This document shows, in pieces, positions 19,657 through 29,652 of a stretch of 64,000 bases of DNA (position 1 is its first letter; each line of letters starts with the position of its first letter). The position numbers and the translations under genes were made by a program. This DNA comes from an uncultured Gemmatimonadaceae bacterium (GTDB taxonomy: Bacteria; Gemmatimonadota; Gemmatimonadetes; Gemmatimonadales; Gemmatimonadaceae). The notes beneath the pieces were generated by a model. It was not told where the DNA came from. It saw only the letters and a list, made by a program, of their open reading frames with translations, and searched no databases. The DNA lies in assembly GCA_963761305.1 (NCBI GenBank), contig CAVXGK010000002.1, positions 2,528,001 through 2,592,000 of the forward strand, in the 5' to 3' direction.

Positions 19657-20430
19657 CTACTTGCGGCCGTTCTCCCACGGCGGTCCGCCGCGGGCGTACA
19701 ACTCGTCGAGCTGTTGCTTGTCCTTGAAGGTGTCCATGGCCTTCCAGAAGCCGTCGTACTCGTACGACATGAGCTGCCGGTCGGCGATGAGCCGCGTGAG
19801 CGCGCCGTCCACGAGGTCCTCGCCTTCGCGCAGGTAGTCGAAGATCTCGCGCCGGAAAATGAAGAATCCTCCGTTCACGCGAACCCTGGCAGCGCGCACG
19901 TCGGTGAGCGCGGTGACGAGCCCATTCGAGGTCGCGACGTAGTGGTAGCTGACGTTCGGCGACACCGTGACCATGGCGGCGATCACGCCACTCTTGCGGA
20001 ACCGGTCGGCATAGGCCGTGAGGTCCATGTCGGTGAGGCAGTCGGTGTAGTTGGCGAAGAAGATCTCGTCGTCGCCGACGTAAGCGCGCACCTGCCGCAG
20101 GCGCTCGCCGATGGCGGTCGTCGGACCGGTGTCGGCAAAGGTGATGCGCCAGTCCTGAATGTCGGTGTGGAGGAGCTCGACCTTTCGGCCGCCGTCGGCG
20201 AGGATGAAGTCGTTCGACAGCGCTTCGTTGTAGTTCAAGAAATACTGCTTGATGACGTCGCCCTTGTACCCGAGACAGAGCACGAATTCGGTGTGGCCGA
20301 AACGGGCGTAGTATTTCATCAGATGCCACATGATCGGGCGGTACCCAATCGTGACCATCGGCTTCGGGAGGCTCGCGTCGTAGTCCCGAAGCCGCATCCC
20401 CAAGCCGCCGCAGAACAGCACGACCTTCAT
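19657..20430 (-). CDS. rfbF: Glucose-1-phosphate cytidylyltransferase-like
   Basis: LFCGGLGMRL, PKPMV, CLGYKG, NGGFF, GFWKAMDTFKD. Confidence 0.85.
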   Translation of the reverse strand: MKVVLFCGGLGMRLRDYDASLPKPMVTIGYRPIMWHLMKYYARFGHTEFVLCLGYKGDVIKQYFLNYNEALSNDFILADGGRKVELLHTDIQDWRITFADTGPTTAIGERLRQVRAYVGDDEIFFANYTDCLTDMDLTAYADRFRKSGVIAAMVTVSPNVSYHYVATSNGLVTALTDVRAARVRVNGGFFIFRREIFDYLREGEDLVDGALTRLIADRQLMSYEYDGFWKAMDTFKDKQQLDELYARGGPPWENGRK

Positions 20431-21755
20431 CGAGCCGCCAGTTCGCGGGCCGGCGGCGTCCGGCCCGCACCGACCGTCTTGGCCGGCCATCGCTCCTGCT
20501 GCTCTTTCCAGAGCTTGTCGGAGAGCCGTTCCGCCGGTAGACGAACGTCGGCGAACGTGAGCGCGGAATCCTTGGCGACGTCTCGAACGAGGGTACATCC
20601 CTCGGCGAGGCCGATCGGGAGCGCGTTGATCGAGCGAGCCGTCGAAGCGTTGTCGATCAGCCCGTAGGTGCAGAACCCCCCGATCGCATCCAGCCGCTCG
20701 CCGCTCTTGAGATCACGTTTCGCCATCGCCAACACCTCGCAACGCGGTCCGTCGAGCGGCGTGACCGTCGGGTCGCCGAACACCGCGGCGCGGCCGATCG
20801 TCGAAGCGATCTGCAGATGCGGCAAATGAAACGGCGTGAAGAACACGTGGAACGGACCGTCGCCCATGCGATAGTACGTGAGCTGCGCCGATTTCAGCGG
20901 GTTCGTCTCGTGCACGATCGCGAATCCGCCGGTGCGCGGCTCGGCGCCGAGTGAATAGTCGACGATGCCGCCGTCGAGCATCGCTTCGGCGGGCAGCAGC
21001 GACGCGAGCTCTCGCACATCCTTGCACGCCGGCCCGTACATGCCGCGGCGCCCGACGTGGAAGCCAGTGGCGTTCGCGAGGACGGTCGTTTCCATCGACA
21101 GCTTGGTGGCGTCGGCGAACGACGTCACCTTCCACACGTTCTGATCGTAGCGCGCGGCGAATTCCCGCTGTGTTTCCGGCGTGCGGTAGTGATCGACCAT
21201 GCCCTTGATGTTGCCCGCCGCGACGACGCTCAGACCCAGTCCGCGCAGGTAGCGCACGAGCGTCATCGCCACGCCCGGTTCGTCGCCGTCGGTGTTGGTG
21301 AGCACCACGCCGGCGGCGTCCGCTTTGGTCTTGAGAATCGGTCCGATGAGCGAATCGAGCTCGGCATTCACGATGACCGTGTGCTTCTTGTGATCGATCG
21401 CGTCGAGCACGAGGCCCGCGGCGTAGTCGATGGAACCGGTGGCCTCGACGATCAGATCGATTTCCGGCGAGCGAACAAGCAGCTCGGCGTCGTCGGTGAG
21501 GACCGGCACGCCGCGCCGAATGCTCTCGGACGCCGCCGCGGCTTGGTCAGCGTTGGTCCACTGCGTGATGCCGGCCTCGCGAAACGCGCGCTCCGCGTTC
21601 GCCGGCGTGCGATTGGCGATTCCGGCCAGCCGGATTCCCGGCACGGGAGTACCGAGTTGGAGGGCGATGGCGCGGCCAGTCGCGCCGGCACCGATCATTC
21701 CGACGCGGATCGGCCGACCCTCGTTCTCTCGTCGTTGCAGAGCCGTATCGAGCAT
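20427..21755 (-). CDS. NAD(P)-dependent oxidoreductase with C-terminal SAF domain (homoserine dehydrogenase-like)
   Basis: GMIGAGATG, DGDEPG, AKRDLKSGERLDAIGG, LPIGLA. Confidence 0.85.
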   Translation of the reverse strand: MLDTALQRRENEGRPIRVGMIGAGATGRAIALQLGTPVPGIRLAGIANRTPANAERAFREAGITQWTNADQAAAASESIRRGVPVLTDDAELLVRSPEIDLIVEATGSIDYAAGLVLDAIDHKKHTVIVNAELDSLIGPILKTKADAAGVVLTNTDGDEPGVAMTLVRYLRGLGLSVVAAGNIKGMVDHYRTPETQREFAARYDQNVWKVTSFADATKLSMETTVLANATGFHVGRRGMYGPACKDVRELASLLPAEAMLDGGIVDYSLGAEPRTGGFAIVHETNPLKSAQLTYYRMGDGPFHVFFTPFHLPHLQIASTIGRAAVFGDPTVTPLDGPRCEVLAMAKRDLKSGERLDAIGGFCTYGLIDNASTARSINALPIGLAEGCTLVRDVAKDSALTFADVRLPAERLSDKLWKEQQERWPAKTVGAGRTPPARELAAR

Positions 21756-22306
21756 CAGCGTGACACCGCCTGAAGATGATCCTGCAAGGAGGGCCATCGC
21801 TTGTCCTGGTCGGACATCGCACCGGGAGGCAGCGGCCACTGAATTGCAACGGTCTCGTCGTCGTACTTGAGTCCACGCACCGCGCTCGGCTCGTATACCG
21901 CCGACGTCATGTAGTAGACGTCCGAGTCGTCCTGGAGTGTCTGATATCCCGTCGCGCAACCGCGCGGGACGAACAGCATCCGCGCATTTTCGGCGCTCAA
22001 CTCAGTGCCGAACCACCGTCCGAACGCCGGAGAGTCGTGACGCAGGTCGACGATCACGTCGAACACGGCGCCGCGCGTGCAACGGACCAACTTCGCTTCC
22101 TCGTGCGGCGCCGATTGGTAGTGCAGTCCGCGCAACGTTCCCGCCGTGTGGCTACTGCCGACGTTGGCTTGAAGCGGCAGAAAATCGATCCCGTGCTCCT
22201 TGAACTCGTTCGTGCACCACGCCCTGAAGAATCGTCCGCGATGGTCGGCGTGTGCGGACGGATCGATGGTCCAGGCTCCAGGAATGGGCAGTTCGGTAAA
22301 GTGCAT
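21755..22306 (-). CDS. rfbC: dTDP-4-dehydrorhamnose 3,5-epimerase family
   Basis: DHRGRF, GTLRGLHYQ, KLVRC, DVIVDLR, GYQTL. Confidence 0.9.
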   Translation of the reverse strand: MHFTELPIPGAWTIDPSAHADHRGRFFRAWCTNEFKEHGIDFLPLQANVGSSHTAGTLRGLHYQSAPHEEAKLVRCTRGAVFDVIVDLRHDSPAFGRWFGTELSAENARMLFVPRGCATGYQTLQDDSDVYYMTSAVYEPSAVRGLKYDDETVAIQWPLPPGAMSDQDKRWPSLQDHLQAVSR

Positions 22307-22315
22307 CCGGCGTGT

Positions 22316-23362
22316 CTATCGCGTGACCGCTTTGACCGGGGCGGGCGCGACGTGGGTGGAGTCGTGCTTGGGTGCGAAGCGCGACGCGACGTAGTGCGCG
22401 AACTTGACGCCGGTGTTGAGCGGATTCAACGCGCCGTCAATGAAGCGCATGGCCACGTATTTCGCGAGCTTCGCGTTGTCGATCGGGTTCTCGAGATCGG
22501 TCGCCGAGTGTCGATGGAATTCCCAGAAGTCCTTGCCCAATCCGTCGTACCAACTCCGCGACAGCATCGAGTAGTAGTCGTGCTCGGCGTTGCGCAAGCA
22601 TCGCTCGAACTCGTCCGGCGTGAGGTAGAGCGGGCCGTACCGGGTCAATAGGTCGAGCACCGCGGCCGGATAGGCCCGCATGCGAGCGAGATAGGGCGTC
22701 GTCGCGGCTTGCTGCGCCCGGCGCTGGAACGACAACACCTGGTGCACGTAGCCGAAGTCGTGTCGTTGGAGGAGGCCGAGGTAGGCCTCGGTGTCGCCGT
22801 GATAGACGTGCGGATTGTAGAACGGCCTCTGCTCGCGCAGGACGGACGCGCGAATCAACGAGGTCGACGGGCCGCCGAAGACGTGGACTCCGTCGAGAAA
22901 ATATCGGCGAACGACATCACGCCCGTTCCACATCGGCCCGCCGAGCGGCAGACCGTCGAACACGACGCGCGAATCGCGCAGCACCAACGACGACACCATG
23001 CCGATCGTCGGATACGCCTCGGCGACGGGCACCATCTCGGAGAGACAGTGCGGGAAGAGCGTGTCGTCCGAGTCGAGGATCTTACAGTACTTCGCGTCGT
23101 CGGAGACCAGCGTGAAGGCGCGATTGTGGCTGTCCACGACCGACACGAACTCCGTGGCGTTGTAGACGCGGACCCGTGAATCTTTGCGCGCGAACTCTTC
23201 GGCGATCGCCTGTGTTCCGTCAGTGCTGCAGTTGTTGGCGATCGTGAGCTCGAAGTTGTCGTAGGTCTGCGCCAGCACGCTGCGAATGGCATTCGCTATG
23301 ACATCCCCGCCGTTGTAGACCGGGATGACGACGCTGACGAGAGGCGATCGGGTCGAGTTCAT
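22316..23362 (-). CDS. Glycosyltransferase family 2
   Basis: VSVVIPVYNG, NNCSTD, LDSDD. Confidence 0.9.
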   Translation of the reverse strand: MNSTRSPLVSVVIPVYNGGDVIANAIRSVLAQTYDNFELTIANNCSTDGTQAIAEEFARKDSRVRVYNATEFVSVVDSHNRAFTLVSDDAKYCKILDSDDTLFPHCLSEMVPVAEAYPTIGMVSSLVLRDSRVVFDGLPLGGPMWNGRDVVRRYFLDGVHVFGGPSTSLIRASVLREQRPFYNPHVYHGDTEAYLGLLQRHDFGYVHQVLSFQRRAQQAATTPYLARMRAYPAAVLDLLTRYGPLYLTPDEFERCLRNAEHDYYSMLSRSWYDGLGKDFWEFHRHSATDLENPIDNAKLAKYVAMRFIDGALNPLNTGVKFAHYVASRFAPKHDSTHVAPAPVKAVTR

Positions 23363-23409
23363 GTGCACAGACCAGAGAGTGTTCTGTATCACAGTTCGGC
23401 GGGCGCCGG

Positions 23410-23592
23410 GCTGGAGTGTCGCACTAATTCTCCATAACTGCCGTTTTTTCTGCAATAGACAGAATCTGACCTAACACGATTCGTGGCTATCCTTATAAGC
23501 TACAGTGAATCATGAGCTTGGCACGTTGGACCGCCGTGTGGAATTCTTCGTGTCGGCACCATGATTTCTGGAGGTGTTGCGTGGTCGCTACA
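23410..23592. promoter_or_regulatory. Conserved intergenic element, copy A
   Basis: Shares blocks GTGTCGCACTAAT, TGCAATAGAC, GTGAATCATGAGCTTGGCA and TGTTGC.TGGTCGCTACA with 24645-24824. Confidence 0.65.
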
Positions 23593-23611
23593 AACTCCGG
23601 GGGCTGCTGCG

Positions 23612-24583
23612 TCACCCGAGGGGCGTGATCTCCGCACCTGCTGTCGGTCCATGATCATTGCGTTGCTTGCGGCGACGCCACTGCTCAGAAAGCGTGCCCC
23701 ATGAGCGAGATGCGTCGGTGAAGGTGAGGAACCAGCCGGGATTCCTCGTCAGTCGTTGCCAGACGTATCGCACGTGCAGGCGCGCGGTGTTGAGGACCAA
23801 CCAGCGCGACACCCCAAAGATGAAGTGCACCCCGTCGCTCTTGTCGGCTAGGCGCACGCGGGTGACGCCCTGGCCCACATAGTTCCGTCGAACCAGGTCG
23901 AGCGTAAGGTGCTCCGGACCAACCACATGCTGCACTTTCGCGCTGGGAACCCACACCCCTTGGTGTCCGGCCTTTTCCAGCGCCTCGCAGAACACCTCGT
24001 CCTCGCGGTCGGCGCGGCTCTTCCCGCTGCGTCCGATGTCGACGCGGAATCGTGCGCTCTCAAAGGCGCTGCGCCGATACGCCATGGATGGACCCCACGG
24101 CCATTCGCCCCGTTGGAGGACGCGCTCCGGACCGCCAAGGTCGTGACCCTCTCCCACGAAGGTCCTTAGAAACTGCTCATGGGCGCGGAACCAGGGCGGC
24201 GGCTCCTTCTCGTACAGCGGCGTTACCACGCCGCCGAAATAGCTCGCCTCCGGCCACCGCTCTGCAGCAGCGGCGAAGGCCACCAACCAATCCTCGTCGA
24301 CGAGGACGTCGTCGTCGGTAAAGATCACGAGGTCGCCGCGCGCGGCTCGCAGAGCGCGGTTTCTCGCATGCGAGAGACCTTGAACCGGTTCTACCAGTCG
24401 CGCGATTGGCAACCGATCCTCATACGACCGGATGATTGCGGGCGTCTCATCCGTGCAGTTGTTCTCCACGACCAGCAGCTCCCACTCGAGCCCCGCCGGA
24501 ACACGGACTCGGCACAACTGCTTGAGCGTCCTGTCCAGGATCTTCGCTCGATTCCAGGTACAGATCGCGACCGAGACGTACAT
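23612..24583 (-). CDS. Glycosyltransferase family 2 (paralog 1)
   Basis: VAICTWNR, ENNCTD, FTDDD. Confidence 0.92.
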   Translation of the reverse strand: MYVSVAICTWNRAKILDRTLKQLCRVRVPAGLEWELLVVENNCTDETPAIIRSYEDRLPIARLVEPVQGLSHARNRALRAARGDLVIFTDDDVLVDEDWLVAFAAAAERWPEASYFGGVVTPLYEKEPPPWFRAHEQFLRTFVGEGHDLGGPERVLQRGEWPWGPSMAYRRSAFESARFRVDIGRSGKSRADREDEVFCEALEKAGHQGVWVPSAKVQHVVGPEHLTLDLVRRNYVGQGVTRVRLADKSDGVHFIFGVSRWLVLNTARLHVRYVWQRLTRNPGWFLTFTDASRSWGTLSEQWRRRKQRNDHGPTAGAEITPLG

Positions 24584-24644
24584 GGGGTGGTCCTCGCCCG
24601 CGCTTTCGAGTTATTGCCGCACCGCTTCAGGGCGGCCCGTGCGA

Positions 24645-24824
24645 GCTGGCGTGTCGCACTAATGTTCCGCTAGTTCTGTTCTTCTTGCAATAGACGGACT
24701 CTGGCGTACCACAATTCACGGCTGCCGTGTAAGCACCGTGAATCATGAGCTTGGCAGGTTTGGCGACCGTGTGACGTCGTCGTGTTGACGCTTCAGTTCC
24801 CGGAAGTGTTGCCTGGTCGCTACA
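24645..24824. promoter_or_regulatory. Conserved intergenic element, copy B
   Basis: Same blocks as 23410-23592 in the same order. Confidence 0.65.
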
Positions 24825-24842
24825 GAACGAGGCGCCGCCGCG

Positions 24843-25811
24843 CTACTGCGGGTGTGTGGTCGGCACAGGTGCGGTTGTGTGATCCGGGCGATTTTTGCGG
24901 CGGCGCCATTGCTCCGAAAGCGCGCCCCATGAGCGAGACGCTTCCGCGAAAGTCGCGAACCAGCCCGGATTCCGCGTTGCGCGCTGCCAGACATATCGCG
25001 CGTGCAGAAGCACCGTGCTTAGTAGCAGCCAGCGCGACACTCCAAAGATGAAGTTGACTCCCTCACTCTTCCCGGCCAGGCGCACGCGGGTGACACCCTG
25101 ACCGATGTAGTTCCGTCGAACCAGGTCGAGCGTAAGGTTTTCCGGGCCGACTACGTGCTGCACTTGCGCGGTGGGAACCCATACCCCGTGGCGTCCAGCC
25201 TTCTCCAGCGTCTCACAGAACACCTCGTCCGAGCGGTCGGTGCGTTCCTTTCCGTTGCGCCCGATGTCGGCCCGGAAGCTGGCGCCCTCCAGCGCGCTGC
25301 GGCGGACCGCCATGCAACCACCCCACGGCCACTCGCCAGGTTGCATGACCCGCTCCGGCCCACCAAGGTCGTGGGCCTCGCCCACGAATGTGTGGAGGAA
25401 CCTGTCGTTCGCTCGAAACCACGCCGGCGGTTCGCTCTCGTAGAGCGGCTCTATGACGCCGCCGAAGAAGCTCGCGTCCGGCCAACGATCCGCGGCGGCG
25501 GCGAAAGCCGCCAGCCAGTCCGGGTCGACGAGGACGTCGTCGTCGGTGAAGATGAGCAGGTCGCCGAGCGCGGCCCGCAGCGCGCGGTTCCTCGCATGTG
25601 AGACACCCTGGAGCGGTTGAGAGAGCCGAACGATCGGCAACCGATCTTCGTACGACCGGATGATCGCCGGGGTCTCATCAGTGCAGTTGTTCTCAACGAT
25701 CAACAGCTCCCACTCGAACCCCGGCGGAACGTGGATCTGGCACAATCCTTCGAGGGTTCTATCCAGGATCTTCGCTCGATTCCAGGTACAGATCACAACC
25801 GAGACGTGCAC
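24843..25811 (-). CDS. Glycosyltransferase family 2 (paralog 2)
   Basis: Colinear and highly similar to 23612-24583; GTG start with GGAGG RBS. Confidence 0.92.
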   Translation of the reverse strand: MHVSVVICTWNRAKILDRTLEGLCQIHVPPGFEWELLIVENNCTDETPAIIRSYEDRLPIVRLSQPLQGVSHARNRALRAALGDLLIFTDDDVLVDPDWLAAFAAAADRWPDASFFGGVIEPLYESEPPAWFRANDRFLHTFVGEAHDLGGPERVMQPGEWPWGGCMAVRRSALEGASFRADIGRNGKERTDRSDEVFCETLEKAGRHGVWVPTAQVQHVVGPENLTLDLVRRNYIGQGVTRVRLAGKSEGVNFIFGVSRWLLLSTVLLHARYVWQRATRNPGWFATFAEASRSWGALSEQWRRRKNRPDHTTAPVPTTHPQ

Positions 25812-25923
25812 GGTAAGGTCCTCCACCGCCCGATTCAAACTGGTGGCCGGCGGTGCGTCCGTCGCACTCGCATCTCGGCCGTAACCGTCGTCGCCGCACT
25901 GCCGGGGAACGATCAAACCCGTC

Positions 25924-25957
25924 GACAATCACATCCGTCTGACAATCACATCCGTCT
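25924..25957. repeat. Perfect 17-bp tandem duplication
   Basis: GACAATCACATCCGTCT x2. Confidence 0.9.
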
Positions 25958-26068
25958 ATGGTGCCCTCGCCCACGTCCGCGCAGTGACGCGCGACACTAC
26001 CAGTCATTAGATGGGAATCTTAGCCTAGTGCGGTCGAGGGACGGAGCGATTCGCATATATTTCCGCCC

Positions 26069-26554
26069 ATGCGAGCGATTCTGCTCATCGACCACGGCTC
26101 CGTGAAGCCCGAGGCCAACCACATGGTCTCGTGCATGGCCAACCTGGTCCAGAACGTCGTCGGCGACAGCGTGGTTGTCCGACACGCCCACATGGAGCTC
26201 GCCGAGCCGTCCATCGCCGCCGGATTCGCGGAATGCGTCCGCGCCGGCGCGACCGAAGTGATCGCGTTTCCATATATGCTGTCGCCGGGGAAGCACGTCA
26301 CCCGCGACGTCCCGAGGCTGGTCGCCGAGGCCGCTCGCGAGTTTCCGAGCGTCTCCCACCGGGTGACGGATGCGTTCGGCGTGCACGAAAAGCTCGCCGA
26401 ACTGATCGCCCTGCGCGCCGGAATCGACGTCGCCCACAACATCGAAGCAGCCGAAGCGTGCCGCTGCTGGGAGCCGAACGGTCAGGTTGGCTCGTGCGGG
26501 GCCGCCTGCGCCGCGCGTGCCACGCCGAGTGTTCCGCTCGAGCGCTCGGCGTAG
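26069..26554 (+). CDS. CbiX/SirB-type single-domain chelatase with Cys-rich tail
   Basis: LLIDHGS, AHMELAEPSI, PYMLSPGKHVTRDVP. Confidence 0.88.
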   Translation: MRAILLIDHGSVKPEANHMVSCMANLVQNVVGDSVVVRHAHMELAEPSIAAGFAECVRAGATEVIAFPYMLSPGKHVTRDVPRLVAEAAREFPSVSHRVTDAFGVHEKLAELIALRAGIDVAHNIEAAEACRCWEPNGQVGSCGAACAARATPSVPLERSA

Positions 26555-26569
26555 AAGATTCTACCCGCC

Positions 26570-27730
26570 ATGACGCTCGCCACCGCCCACGCACCGCTGA
26601 CGATCCTCTCCGACGACGAAGCGGCGTTTCGCGACGCCGTCGCCGGATTCGCGAACGACGAGGTTCGGCCGCGGGTGCAGCAGATGGAACGCGACGGAAA
26701 ACTCGACAGCGCGCTGATCAGAAAGTTCTTCGAGATGGGGCTGATGGGGATCGAAGTCCCCGAGGAATTCGGCGGCGCGGCCGGCTCGCTCGCGATGGTG
26801 GCGATCGGCGTCGAAGAGATCAGCAAGGTCGACCCCGCGGCGGCGATTCTGATGGACGTTCAGAATACACTGGTCAACTACCCCATCCGCTCGTACGGCA
26901 GCGACTACCTCAAGTCGACGTATCTGCCGCGCCTCACGTCGGAGAGCGTCGGCGCGTACGCGCTCTCGGAGCCGTCGTCGGGTTCCGACGCGTTCGGGAT
27001 GCAGACGCGCGCTGAGAAGCGCGGCTCCTGCTGGGTGCTCACCGGTCGCAAGATGTGGATCACGAACGGCGCCGAGGCGGAAGTTTACGTCGTCTTCGCC
27101 AACGCGAATCCGTCGGCCGGCTACAAGGGCATCACCGCGTTCATCGTCGAGCGCGATTTCAAGGGATTCAGCGTCGGCAAGAAAGAGGACAAACTCGGCA
27201 TTCGCGCGTCGAGCACCACGGAGCTCATTCTCGACGACGTCGAAGTGCCCGAACAGAACGTGCTCGGTCCGGTGGGCCAGGGCTACAAGATCGCCATCGA
27301 GACGCTGAACGAAGGACGCATCGGCATCGGCGCGCAGATGATCGGCGTCTCGGCCGGCGCGCTGAATGCGGCGACCGAGTACGTGAAGGAGCGGATGCAG
27401 TTCGGAAAAAAGCTCTGCGACTTCCAGGGAATCCAGTTCCAGCTCGCGCAGGCCCGCACCGAGCTGGAGGCGGCGCGACTCATGGTCTACAACGCCGCGC
27501 GGCTCAAGGACGCCGGCCACGACATCGCGATGGAAGGCGCGATGGCCAAGCTCTTCGCGTCGCAGGTGGCCGAGCGCGTGACATCCGTGTCGCTCGAGCT
27601 GTTCGGTGGATACGGATATACAAAGGACTACCCGGCCGAGAAGTTCTACCGCGACGCGAAGATCGGCGCCATTTACGAGGGCACGAGCAACATGCAGCTG
27701 CAGACCATCGCGAAAGCGATGCTGCGCTGA
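26570..27730 (+). CDS. Acyl-CoA dehydrogenase (short/branched-chain type)
   Basis: [43 protein letters not shown]. Confidence 0.95.
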   Translation: MTLATAHAPLTILSDDEAAFRDAVAGFANDEVRPRVQQMERDGKLDSALIRKFFEMGLMGIEVPEEFGGAAGSLAMVAIGVEEISKVDPAAAILMDVQNTLVNYPIRSYGSDYLKSTYLPRLTSESVGAYALSEPSSGSDAFGMQTRAEKRGSCWVLTGRKMWITNGAEAEVYVVFANANPSAGYKGITAFIVERDFKGFSVGKKEDKLGIRASSTTELILDDVEVPEQNVLGPVGQGYKIAIETLNEGRIGIGAQMIGVSAGALNAATEYVKERMQFGKKLCDFQGIQFQLAQARTELEAARLMVYNAARLKDAGHDIAMEGAMAKLFASQVAERVTSVSLELFGGYGYTKDYPAEKFYRDAKIGAIYEGTSNMQLQTIAKAMLR

Positions 27731-28701
27731 TGAAAGCGATCCGCGTCCACGAGAAGGGCGGACGCGAGGTCCTGCATCTCGAGAACGTCGACGTGCCGGT
27801 GCCGGGACCGGGCGAGCTTCTGATCGACGTCGAAGCGACCGGAATCAATTTCATCGACGTCTACAATCGGGAAGGCTGGTACTCGGTCACGCATCCGTTC
27901 ACGCTCGGCTCGGAGGCGGCCGGTGTGGTCCGGACGATCGGCGCCGGCGTGAACGGCTTCAAGGTCGGCGACCGAATCGTATCGCAGGGTGTTCGCGGAT
28001 CGTACGCCGAGAGCGCTGTCGTTCCCGCGGCGACGGCCGTGGTCCTTCCCGATGGGTTCCCGTCGAAGGTTGCCGCCGCGATGTGGCTCCAAGGCCTGAC
28101 CGCGCACTACTTGTCGACGTCTCTCTTTCCGCTGGCGCGGGGACATCGCGCGCTCGTGCACGCGGCGGCCGGTGGAGTTGGCTTGCTCTTGTGCCAGATG
28201 GCGAAACGGCGCGGCGCGATCGTGATCGGAACGGCGTCGACACCGGAAAAGCGCGCGCTGGCGACGGACGCCGGTGCGGACGAAGTCATCGACTACACGA
28301 CGCAGGATTTCGTGGTGGAGACGCGCCGCATCACCGACGGCGCGGGCGTGCACGTCGTCTACGATTCGGTGGGGCTGACGACGTTCGACAAATCGCTCGA
28401 CTGCCTGATGCCGCGCGGCATGATGGCGCTGTTCGGACAATCGAGCGGCCGAGTGCCGCCGTTCGATCCGCAGATCCTCAACCGGAAGGGGTCGCTCTTC
28501 CTCACTCGGCCCACACTCGGCCACTACGTCGCGACGCGCGACGAGCTCGAGCAGCGCGCCAAGGACCTGTTCGATTGGGTCAACCGCGGCTTGCTCCACG
28601 TGCACGTCGGCGCGGAGTTTCCGCTGTCGCGCGCCGCCGACGCGCACGCGGCGCTCGAAGGGCGAAAAACGACGGGCAAGGTATTGCTCTTGCCGGACTG
28701 A
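27730..28701 (+). CDS. qor: NADPH:quinone oxidoreductase (zeta-crystallin/MDR family)
   Basis: [33 protein letters not shown]. Confidence 0.9.
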   Translation: MKAIRVHEKGGREVLHLENVDVPVPGPGELLIDVEATGINFIDVYNREGWYSVTHPFTLGSEAAGVVRTIGAGVNGFKVGDRIVSQGVRGSYAESAVVPAATAVVLPDGFPSKVAAAMWLQGLTAHYLSTSLFPLARGHRALVHAAAGGVGLLLCQMAKRRGAIVIGTASTPEKRALATDAGADEVIDYTTQDFVVETRRITDGAGVHVVYDSVGLTTFDKSLDCLMPRGMMALFGQSSGRVPPFDPQILNRKGSLFLTRPTLGHYVATRDELEQRAKDLFDWVNRGLLHVHVGAEFPLSRAADAHAALEGRKTTGKVLLLPD

Positions 28702-28794
28702 TTCGCGCCGCGAAACCATCCGTTCGCGGTTGGGGTATGTGCGAACAGTGATGTAGTGGTCTTCTCGTCGGGCCGTTCGGGGGGGGAAGGAATC

Positions 28795-29631
28795 GTGCGC
28801 GTCCGCCTCATTGTTGGATCAGTTGCAGGGTTCGCAGCCGCCGCGGCGATCGCGGCATCGCCCGCCCGCGTTTCCGCGCAGTCGTCTCACACGATCGTCC
28901 AGGTGACGGCGCGCGATTCGAGCGGGGCCCCGATCGCGAACGCCGAGCTGGCGGTGATGCGCGGGCTGCACGACGTGCTTGCTCACGCCAACACGGATTC
29001 GACCGGGCATGGCACGCTGACCGTCGACGATTTGCGAGACTCGACCGATCTGCAGGTCGTGATGCGCAAGATCGGCTATCAGCGCGGCGACCGCTTCTTC
29101 ACGGCGTTGCCGCACGACAGCGTCGCGCTCAAGATCGTCGTCGGGCCCGTCCCGGCCAAGCTGGCCGCGATGGAGGTGAACGCGTCGACCGATCTCAAAT
29201 GGAAGAGCTATCACCTCGACGCCGACGACATCGCCAACGCCGGCATGCCGTTGAGCGACGGGTGGGACGTCGTAAAGCGGCTTCGGCCGGACATCCTGAC
29301 GAGCCGCGGTGGCTGCGCGACGGGCGTACAGGAGGTGTGGATCAACGGCAAGCGAATCGTGCTGCCGTTGCTGCCGATCGGGATGGCGAAGGCCAGAGAG
29401 CGCATCGGCGTTCCGGCGAGGGCGCGCTTCAGCTACGTCCCGGTGTCGGTGCTCTCCGACATTCCGCCGGAGCACATCCAGGAGATGACGTACCACGACT
29501 GCTTCGACTCGTCGATGGCGGCGGTGGGAAGCGTGAACGCGCTGTTCGTCACGCTCAAGCCGGGTGTGGCGTACGTCCAGGACGTCGGTAGTTTCGTAAT
29601 CGACTCGGGGAGCGACAAGAAAACCAATTAG
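28795..29631 (+). CDS. Secreted protein: carboxypeptidase-regulatory-like domain plus TonB-plug-like domain
   Basis: Signal peptide; RDSSGAPIANA..TDSTG..RKIGY; C-terminal DVVKRLRP..WING..LSDIPPEHIQEM..ALFVTLK. Confidence 0.65.
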   Translation: MRVRLIVGSVAGFAAAAAIAASPARVSAQSSHTIVQVTARDSSGAPIANAELAVMRGLHDVLAHANTDSTGHGTLTVDDLRDSTDLQVVMRKIGYQRGDRFFTALPHDSVALKIVVGPVPAKLAAMEVNASTDLKWKSYHLDADDIANAGMPLSDGWDVVKRLRPDILTSRGGCATGVQEVWINGKRIVLPLLPIGMAKARERIGVPARARFSYVPVSVLSDIPPEHIQEMTYHDCFDSSMAAVGSVNALFVTLKPGVAYVQDVGSFVIDSGSDKKTN

Positions 29632-29652
29632 CGCTGACGCGCCGGTGAATCC

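Noticed and set aside
23515..23540. TTGGCAC as a sigma-54 promoter
   Set aside because: No TTGC at -12 spacing in either spacer copy, and the orientation is opposite to the genes.
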